Positions 57,171 to 64,000 of a stretch of DNA of 64,000 nt are shown one piece after another; position 1 is the stretch's first letter, and the number at the start of each line of letters is the position of its first letter. Position numbers and translations under genes: made by a program. This DNA is from Candidatus Bathyarchaeota archaeon (lineage in GTDB: Archaea; Thermoproteota; Bathyarchaeia; Hecatellales; Hecatellaceae), in the NCBI GenBank assembly GCA_052246995.1, contig JBQPWD010000001.1:1-64000 (forward strand), written 5' to 3'. The notes under the pieces are model-generated. The model ran no database searches, was not told where the DNA came from, and saw only the letters and a program-made list of their open reading frames with translations.

Positions 57171-57995
57171 TTGTTTAAAAAAGTTGTTATTGCCGGGAGA
57201 AGCGATATTGAAGACTCCATCAAACTTGCTGAAAAAATAGCTAAGTTTCTCTTAGAAAGAGGTTTAAATGTTACCTTTGAAGATGGTGTTGCCTCTAAGC
57301 TTGGTTTTAAAGGCGAGCCTTTAAACGCGGTTGAAGGAGATTTTGTAATAGCTATTGGTGGAGATGGAACTGTTTTAAGAATTCTTCATCGTATGCATAA
57401 CAAAATGCCCATTTTTACCGTTAAAATGGGCAGGATTGGATTTTTTGCTGAAACCACTCCGGAAAACGTTTTTACTGACCTAGAAAAAGTTTTAAATGGC
57501 AACTTTTTTTACGAAGAACATTTTTTACTTAAAACAAGCTTAAATTTACCTGAAGCTTTAAATGAAGTTCGCATTGGAACCCTAATACCTCAGCAAATGG
57601 TTGAAGTAAATGTCCTTGTTGACGAGTTTCAGATTGCAAAAGACAGAGTTGACGCTATTATTATCTCAACACCAGTAGGCTCCACAGCCTATGCCTTAAG
57701 TACAGGTGCAAGCATTGTCTGTCCTGGTGTTGAAGCTATAGTTATAACTCCAGTATGCCCCTTATCACCAAACTTTAAACCTTATGTTGTTCCATCAAAA
57801 AGTGTTATCACGGTAACACTTGAAAACGAAATAGATTACCTAATTTTAATCGATGGTCAAATAAAAAAGGAGTTTTCCGGTAGAAAGAAAATAAAAGTTT
57901 GGAGGTCGGAAGAAAAGATTAGCTTTATAAGAGTTAGAAAAAGCTTCTATGAAAGGCTTAAGAGAAGACTTAAAGCTTCTAGTGTAAATTTTTAG
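57171..57995 (+). CDS. nadK: NAD(+) kinase
   Basis: GGDGTVL, GRIGF, ALNE, STPVGSTAY.LS.G. Confidence 0.93.
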   Translation: MFKKVVIAGRSDIEDSIKLAEKIAKFLLERGLNVTFEDGVASKLGFKGEPLNAVEGDFVIAIGGDGTVLRILHRMHNKMPIFTVKMGRIGFFAETTPENVFTDLEKVLNGNFFYEEHFLLKTSLNLPEALNEVRIGTLIPQQMVEVNVLVDEFQIAKDRVDAIIISTPVGSTAYALSTGASIVCPGVEAIVITPVCPLSPNFKPYVVPSKSVITVTLENEIDYLILIDGQIKKEFSGRKKIKVWRSEEKISFIRVRKSFYERLKRRLKASSVNF

Positions 57996-58089
57996 CCAAA
58001 ACTTTTTACGTTAACTTATACTAGACTTTCTTAAACCTTAACCTTTATTTAAAGTTAGAAACCTAATTTTTAGTTGGAGGCTGGTACGT

Positions 58090-58485
58090 GTGAGCAAACC
58101 TGTAGATATAGGTTCAATTAAAGAGGGACAATACATTATAATTGATAATGAACCTTGTAGGGTTGTTGAATACGAAAAATCTAAACCTGGAAAACATGGT
58201 TCAGCTAAAGCTAGAATTGTTGCCATAGGCTTATTTGACAACGTAAAAAGAAGCATCGTCAGCCCTGTAGATTCTAAAATAGATGTTCCTATAATTGAGA
58301 AAAAGTCTGGCCAAATTGTTTCTGTTACCCCTTCATCCATCCAACTTATGGACCTTGAAACCTATGAAATTTTTGAGGCAGCCCCACCAGCTGAGGAGGA
58401 TTTAAAAAATAAGCTTAAAAGTGGAGTTGAAGTTGAATACTGGAAAATTCTTGGAAGAATAAAAGTTGTTAGGGTTAAAGGTTAA
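58090..58485 (+). CDS. eif5a: Translation initiation/elongation factor aIF5A
   Basis: SKPGKHGSAKAR hypusine motif. Confidence 0.97.
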   Translation: MSKPVDIGSIKEGQYIIIDNEPCRVVEYEKSKPGKHGSAKARIVAIGLFDNVKRSIVSPVDSKIDVPIIEKKSGQIVSVTPSSIQLMDLETYEIFEAAPPAEEDLKNKLKSGVEVEYWKILGRIKVVRVKG

Positions 58486-58487
58486 GC

Positions 58488-59426
58488 ATGAACAATGTTT
58501 TAAAAAAAGAAACTATTTACCAGATGAACATCAAGCCAAACATGACTGTTTTAGAACTTGTCAACTCTATGGATTTATGTGGTGTTTTAGGTGCTGGTAA
58601 GGTTGCAAAAGCATCAAAAATTTTATTGGAAATGTTTACTGATAAAGATTACACAATATTTTTAGCTTTAGCCGGACCTGCGGTTGCTGGAGGTTTAAGA
58701 AGTATAATCTCAAGTCTTATAAGGAATAAGTTTGTTAACGCTATTGTTACCAATGGTGCAAATTTAACACATGATCTTATAGAAGCTTTAGGTTTTAAAC
58801 ATCTACGTGGAGAAGAGAATCCAGATGATTCCCGGCTAAGCTTTAAAGGTTTAGGTCGTATAAGAGATATCTATGTTGAAGAAGAGGCTTTTAAAGGCTT
58901 AGAAAAAGGTACTTATGCTATACTTGATAAGGTTGTGGAGAAGAAAAGTTACCCTGTTTATGAACTTTTAGAAAAAATAGGTCATCATGTTGGTGATGAA
59001 AACTCGATTATAGCCTCAGCCTCAAAAAATGGTATACCAATTTTTTCCCCTGGAATTTATGATTCAATGCTTGGTTTACATTTATGGATGTACAGTAAGC
59101 TTAAAGGTTTAAGTTTAGATTTTAATAAAGACATGGATAAAATGTACGACATCGTTTTTTCATCTAAGAAGATAGGTGCTATCATTCTTGGTGGAGGTAT
59201 TCCTAAGCATTTTACGTTGGGTGCAAGCATGGTTAAAGGTGGAGTTGACATTGCTATTCAAATAACAATGGATAGAGCTGAAGCTGGAAGCCTTTCAGGT
59301 GCACCCCTAGAGGAGGCTATTTCATGGAAGAAAGCTAAGGTTAAAGGTAAACTTGTAACGGTTATAGGTGATTTCACCATAATTTTTCCATTAATTGTGG
59401 CTTCAGCTTTATCCAGCTTACATTAA
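58488..59426 (+). CDS. dys: Deoxyhypusine synthase
   Basis: VTNGANLTHDL.EA, GGGIPKH, GSLSGAP.EEAISW.K; follows aIF5A. Confidence 0.93.
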   Translation: MNNVLKKETIYQMNIKPNMTVLELVNSMDLCGVLGAGKVAKASKILLEMFTDKDYTIFLALAGPAVAGGLRSIISSLIRNKFVNAIVTNGANLTHDLIEALGFKHLRGEENPDDSRLSFKGLGRIRDIYVEEEAFKGLEKGTYAILDKVVEKKSYPVYELLEKIGHHVGDENSIIASASKNGIPIFSPGIYDSMLGLHLWMYSKLKGLSLDFNKDMDKMYDIVFSSKKIGAIILGGGIPKHFTLGASMVKGGVDIAIQITMDRAEAGSLSGAPLEEAISWKKAKVKGKLVTVIGDFTIIFPLIVASALSSLH

Positions 59427-59485
59427 AAAGCTAAAGTTATATGTAGTACCTAAGTGTTAATATTAGCTTACTTATGTGACCTTGA

Positions 59486-60820
59486 ATGGTTTTAGAAAGG
59501 ATAGGCTTAACAATTCAGAATTCTCTTAAAAAGCTTCTTAAACTTACCATTGTTGATGAAGCCGCTGTTAGGGAGCTTATAAGGGATGTTCAGAGAACAC
59601 TTTTACAGTCTGATGTTAATGTACGTCTGGTTTTTGAGCTATCCAAAAGGCTTGAGGAAAGAGCTTTACATGAAAAACTTCCTCCAGGTTTTTCTAGAAA
59701 GGAACATATAGTAAAAATTCTCTATGAAGAGTTTACAAGGTTTCTTGGAGAAAAACCCGCAAAAATTCCTGTTGAACCTGGAAAAAGAAACGTTATGATG
59801 CTTGTTGGGATTCAAGGTTCAGGTAAAACAACTACAACAATTAAGATTGCAAGGTTTCTAAGAAAAAGAGGAGTAAAAGTTGCTGTTGTTTGTGCTGATA
59901 CCTATAGACCTGGCGCTTTTTCTCAGCTTAAACAACTTGCATCCCAAGCCGGAATCCCTGTTTATGGTGATGAAAATGTTAAAGATACCGTTAAACTTGC
60001 ACTAGATGGTGTTAAAAAGTTTAGTGAAGAAGGTTATGAAGCTATACTTGTGGATACTGCTGGAAGACATAAAGATGAGAAAAGCTTAATGGAAGAAATG
60101 AAAACTTTAGCGGAAGTAATGAAACCAGACCATATAATCCTTGTGATTGATGGAACGATAGGTCAACAGGCCATGACCCAGGCTGAAGCGTTTAATAATG
60201 CAACAAAGATAGGGTCGATTGTTGTAACAAAACTTGACGGTTCAGCTCGTGGTGGAGGAGCGCTTTCAGCTGTTGTTGCGACAAAAGCTCCAATAACCTT
60301 TATCGGTACTGGTGAGAAAATTGAGGATATAGAGCTTTTTGACCCTCCAAGGTTTGTTGGAAGATTACTTGGTATGGGTGACCTTAAAAGTTTACTTGAA
60401 AAAGCTAGTGAAGCTGAGTTAGCTGTGCCTGAAAAAAAGGTTAAAAGTATTTTAGCTGGAAAATTTACCCTTGAAGATCTTTACAATGAAATTGAAAGAG
60501 TTAGAAAGATTGGACCTTTAGGAAAAATTCTTAAAATGATTCCTGGCTTAAGTTTCCAACTAGAAGATTCTGTTTTAAAGGTTACTGAGGATAAAATGGA
60601 AGCATGGAAAGCAATAATTCAATCTATGACAAAAGAGGAACGTGAAAACCCAAAAATCTTAAATGCATCAAGAATTAGAAGAATTGCAAGAGGATCTGGA
60701 AGAAACGAAGCCGAAGTTAAGGAACTTATTAAGCAGTTTGAAGTAGCAAAAAAGACTTTAAAATCGTTAAGAAGACAGCTTCCAATTAAAATGTTTAAAA
60801 AAGATTCCTTTAATTTTTGA
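59486..60820 (+). CDS. srp54: Signal recognition particle protein SRP54
   Basis: GIQGSGKTTT, DTAGR, TKLDG.ARGGGALS, M-domain SRIRRIARGSG. Confidence 0.97.
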   Translation: MVLERIGLTIQNSLKKLLKLTIVDEAAVRELIRDVQRTLLQSDVNVRLVFELSKRLEERALHEKLPPGFSRKEHIVKILYEEFTRFLGEKPAKIPVEPGKRNVMMLVGIQGSGKTTTTIKIARFLRKRGVKVAVVCADTYRPGAFSQLKQLASQAGIPVYGDENVKDTVKLALDGVKKFSEEGYEAILVDTAGRHKDEKSLMEEMKTLAEVMKPDHIILVIDGTIGQQAMTQAEAFNNATKIGSIVVTKLDGSARGGGALSAVVATKAPITFIGTGEKIEDIELFDPPRFVGRLLGMGDLKSLLEKASEAELAVPEKKVKSILAGKFTLEDLYNEIERVRKIGPLGKILKMIPGLSFQLEDSVLKVTEDKMEAWKAIIQSMTKEERENPKILNASRIRRIARGSGRNEAEVKELIKQFEVAKKTLKSLRRQLPIKMFKKDSFNF

Positions 60821-60834
60821 GGAAAAACTTTAAG

Positions 60835-61323
60835 TTAAAGCTTGTAACCAATCTTTCTAAGAAATTCTTTTCTCTCCTTGATTTCCTTTTCACCTTCAAT
60901 ACCTTTACTTTTAAATCCATCAACTACCCCAATAATTCCTCTTCCTTGGCTTGTTTCCGCTATTAAAACCTGAACAGGATTTGCAGTTGCACAGAATATG
61001 CTGCAAACTTCTGGGACCTCCTTTAACTTTCCCAGCACATTAATTGGATATGCATTTTTTATGAAAATAATGAAACAATGTCCTGCTCCAATTTCAAATG
61101 CAGTTTTTCTTGCTAATTCACGTAACTCTTCATCATTTCCTTCATGTCTTACTAGACACGGGCCTGAGCTTTCACAGAAAGCTAATCCAAACCTTATAGT
61201 TGGAACACTGTTAACAAGTGTCTCATAAATGTCTTCCACCGTTTTTATAAAATGAGCTTGACCAATAATTACATTAACATCCTTAGGTACATCCACTTTA
61301 ACCAGCTTTAATTCTAAACTCAT
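60835..61323 (-). CDS. Adenosine-specific kinase family (DUF355)
   Basis: [43 protein letters not shown]. Confidence 0.88.
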   Translation of the reverse strand: MSLELKLVKVDVPKDVNVIIGQAHFIKTVEDIYETLVNSVPTIRFGLAFCESSGPCLVRHEGNDEELRELARKTAFEIGAGHCFIIFIKNAYPINVLGKLKEVPEVCSIFCATANPVQVLIAETSQGRGIIGVVDGFKSKGIEGEKEIKERKEFLRKIGYKL

Positions 61324-61544
61324 ATTTTACCACCATATTAGCAACTTAAAAGCTTTAACACATAATACTCTATATTTAAAAAACAGTAAATTGCTGTTAA
61401 ACTTAAATTTTTTAGGATAATTGTCATTTACTTTTTATCCTTTAATTGCATTCTAAGCTTATCTTAAAATATAGGTAGGCTCTAACCCCTAATTAAAGGG
61501 GTAACCCCGGTAGGTTAAGAATTCGAAAAATAAATTCTATAAAC

Positions 61545-61586
61545 TTTGCCATATCACGGTGAAATATGCTTACTGACTATGGCAAA
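61545..61586. other. Intergenic hairpin (possible terminator or structured RNA)
   Basis: TTTGCCATA...TATGGCAAA 9-bp stem with inner CGGTGA/TTACTG stem. Confidence 0.45.
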
Positions 61587-61618
61587 TTTTTCACTGTATA
61601 CTGTATTTAGTTTAAAGT

Positions 61619-61897
61619 TTAACCATACTTCCAGCAAACCCCCGTCCCACCTTTGGGGTAATTAAACTCTATAGCATTAGAAGGGCAAACTATCCAGCAG
61701 CATCCACACTCAACACATTTTTCAGTATAATCTTCTAGTATGGAAACCTCCCTATCCTTCAAACTCCACAATCCCATAGGGCATACATTAACACATCTGC
61801 CGCATCTTGTGCAGCGATCTTTATTATGATGTATAAAATTTCCCGTACCCTTAACTCGCTCTACTAATGTTCTAACATCCTCCATTTTAAGCTTCAT
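61619..61897 (-). CDS. FixX-like 2x[4Fe-4S] ferredoxin
   Basis: CTRCGRC..VCP, CVECGCC.IVCP, C-terminal YPKGGTGV.WKYG. Confidence 0.88.
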   Translation of the reverse strand: MKLKMEDVRTLVERVKGTGNFIHHNKDRCTRCGRCVNVCPMGLWSLKDREVSILEDYTEKCVECGCCWIVCPSNAIEFNYPKGGTGVCWKYG

Positions 61898-63270
61898 TCT
61901 CCAATGCTGCCTTTCTTTTTCCTAGTTTTAAGCCACTTCCAACCAAAATTAAGAAACATCTTAAAAGGCGAAACACCTGACTTTCTGATAAGAGGTAGTA
62001 GATAACCTTTTACAATTTCTAAAATAAACTCATAGTTTTCAGAATAATACTTCAATTGTCTCCTAAGGCTTATTATATGTGGAGCAGACCAGTTACCCCA
62101 AAACATAATATTACTTGCAAGTGGGGTAATTTTTTCCCACATAGGTGGGTTAAAAAAGATAGCTGTCCAAAGTTCAGCCCACTCTTTTGCAGCAGAAAAC
62201 TCCTCTCCTATTTCTGACTTTATCCATCTTTCCTCATACATTTTAAGAAATGATGATGAGGTATCTCCTTTTGAAACTGCTTCTGCGGCTACTTCTCCAG
62301 CAATCTTACCTGAAAGCATTGCATAATATATCCCTTCTGCCTCTAAGGGGCAGGGAAACCCTGCCGCGTCTCCAACAAGCATTATTCCATTTCCATATGT
62401 TTTAGTTGGAAGTCTAGGCATCCACGGTAGTAGATGTGCATGAAACTCTCTTGGTTTAGCTTGAAGCAGCTCTATTAACCTTTTTACAGGCTTAGATTCC
62501 AGTATTGGCTTTAAGTACTCGTAGGATTTTGTTTTTGAGGATGCAAGACGCCCCACCCATTGACCAAATCCAATATGAAATCCTTCAGGCATCATTGCAA
62601 TGTAAGTAGCTGGGTAGAGAGGTGAAACATAAACATGATTACAATATTCATCACTGAGTATAGTATTCATCCTCTCTTTGGAAGCAGCAAAATCACAATC
62701 AATCACTAAAGTTATCTCATCAGTTTTCCATTTATCCCGTAAGCCAGCCTTGTAAGCAATAAGAGAAAGAGCCCCGTCAGCTGCTATTACTACACCAGCA
62801 TCAACTTTTTCACCCCTATCAGTTACAACTCCAATAACCTCACCTGTCGACTTTTTTAAAACATCAACTACAAGTGTTGAAGTTTTTAATTCAACACCAG
62901 CCTCAACAGCTATCTTAGCTAGATAACGGTCAAAATCACGGCGATAAACATCATACTGGAAGAATTCTTTTGCTTCAGGAAAATCTACCAAATCACTTGT
63001 AGACCACCATACCTCAAAACGTTCATTTAACTCCTTGTCAAGCAGATGAAGTGCTTGATGTTTTATCTTCACGCCAGGAATGTTCATTTCCTTAACAAAC
63101 CTAAAATCACGAAAAATTCTTGGGGAAAGACCGCATCCTGATGAAGATTTATCACCAGGCTGGGCGCCTCTCTCAAAAATCACGGTTTTTAATCCAGCCT
63201 CGGAGGCTGTTTTTGCAGCTAAAGATCCGCCTGGCCCTGCACCAATCACAACGACATCATACTTTTTCAA
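61894..63270 (-). CDS. FixC-like FAD-dependent oxidoreductase (FixC/GGR superfamily)
   Basis: GAGPGG, ERG.QPGDK, RRDFDRYLA, ADG, VGDAAG; translationally coupled to the FixX-like ferredoxin. Confidence 0.8.
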   Translation of the reverse strand: MKKYDVVVIGAGPGGSLAAKTASEAGLKTVIFERGAQPGDKSSSGCGLSPRIFRDFRFVKEMNIPGVKIKHQALHLLDKELNERFEVWWSTSDLVDFPEAKEFFQYDVYRRDFDRYLAKIAVEAGVELKTSTLVVDVLKKSTGEVIGVVTDRGEKVDAGVVIAADGALSLIAYKAGLRDKWKTDEITLVIDCDFAASKERMNTILSDEYCNHVYVSPLYPATYIAMMPEGFHIGFGQWVGRLASSKTKSYEYLKPILESKPVKRLIELLQAKPREFHAHLLPWMPRLPTKTYGNGIMLVGDAAGFPCPLEAEGIYYAMLSGKIAGEVAAEAVSKGDTSSSFLKMYEERWIKSEIGEEFSAAKEWAELWTAIFFNPPMWEKITPLASNIMFWGNWSAPHIISLRRQLKYYSENYEFILEIVKGYLLPLIRKSGVSPFKMFLNFGWKWLKTRKKKGSIGE

Positions 63271-63420
63271 ACAATACTTCCTCCATTTTCTTTATAGTAA
63301 AAGCTTATGATGGAGAATTTACATGAAATTTACATTATATATTAATTATTGTATACTAGTAAAATATAAATGTAAATGTATTTTAAAATCGACTTCTCTA
63401 CTCTAAATGTTTGGTGATGC

Positions 63421-64000
63421 ATGTTGAGTAGTAACGTTTTCATTGACAAACTTATTGAAATTGTTGGCAAGAATAACGTTACATGCGAAAAAAGTTTTCT
63501 TGAAAACTACTCTAAAGACATTAGCTTTGTGCCGCCAATGTCTCCTCAATGTGTTGTATGGCCGATGAACAGAGAAGAAATAGTAAAGATTGTGAATACC
63601 GCAGTAAAGCATAATGTTCCACTAGTTCCAGTAAGCTCAGGTTCTCCTAGGCTTCGTGGTGACACCATTCCAGAAGTTGAGGGGACAGTAGTAGTACACT
63701 TAAGCAGAATGAATAGAATTTTGAGAATAGACAGGAAAAATAGAGTTGTCATGGTTGAGCCTGGAGTTACATTTAACGTGCTTGTGAAAGAAATGTATAA
63801 GCATGGTCTTAGATTGTTAGCACCTCTCTCCCCAAGGTCGTCCAAATCTGTTTTGGCAAGCTGCTTAGAAAGGGAGCCAGTCACTATACCCAAGTATCAC
63901 TGGGATGCGGCTGACCCCCTGCTTTGTACTGAAGTAGTTTTTGGTACAGGAGATGTTTTTAGAACTGGGGCTGCTGCAGGTCCAGGTGGTCTTGAAGAGC
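63421..64000 (+). CDS. FAD-binding oxidoreductase (VAO/PCMH, GlcD-like), truncated by the window end
   Basis: Not in the ORF track. ATG 63421 follows a GGTGA RBS and translates MLSSNVFIDKLIEIVGKNNV...P.CVVWP..REEI...VPLVPVSSG...LSRMNRIL.ID......VEPGVTF...EVVFGTGDVFRTG, open to the window end. Confidence 0.9.
   Translation, partial: MLSSNVFIDKLIEIVGKNNVTCEKSFLENYSKDISFVPPMSPQCVVWPMNREEIVKIVNTAVKHNVPLVPVSSGSPRLRGDTIPEVEGTVVVHLSRMNRILRIDRKNRVVMVEPGVTFNVLVKEMYKHGLRLLAPLSPRSSKSVLASCLEREPVTIPKYHWDAADPLLCTEVVFGTGDVFRTGAAAGPGGLEE

Overview
AT-rich archaeal chromosomal window. The informational genes (eS1, uS15, aIF5A, deoxyhypusine synthase, SRP54, Nob1, Brix, KEOPS Pcc-type subunits, A/V-ATPase) and a complete cdhABCDE (ACDS, Wood-Ljungdahl) operon fit an anaerobic TACK archaeon such as Bathyarchaeia; this taxonomy is inferred, not proven. 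Most of the window is housekeeping. The most notable region is an acyl-CoA catabolic cluster at about 34.7-44.4 kb. It encodes MeaB, a B12 acyl-CoA mutase with isobutyryl-CoA-mutase-type (F/Q) specificity residues, a non-canonical thiolase-fold protein with a DUF35 partner and a PaaK-type CoA ligase. It also encodes an isovaleryl-CoA-dehydrogenase-like ACAD fused to a C-terminal winged-helix domain, with a perfect palindrome in its own promoter, and birA/bioY with a BirA operator. Other highlights are a C/D box sRNA whose two guides both match tRNA-Gln(UUG), a methanogen-type (type 2) SerRS, an HTH-less GfcR/PyrE-like protein, a HEPN-MNT pair, a FixC/FixX-like pair, a decayed aspartic-protease pseudogene and a window-truncated FAD-oxidoreductase missing from the ORF track. 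I saw no tRNA, rRNA, CRISPR array or transposase. All calls come from motif recognition by eye; no searches were run.
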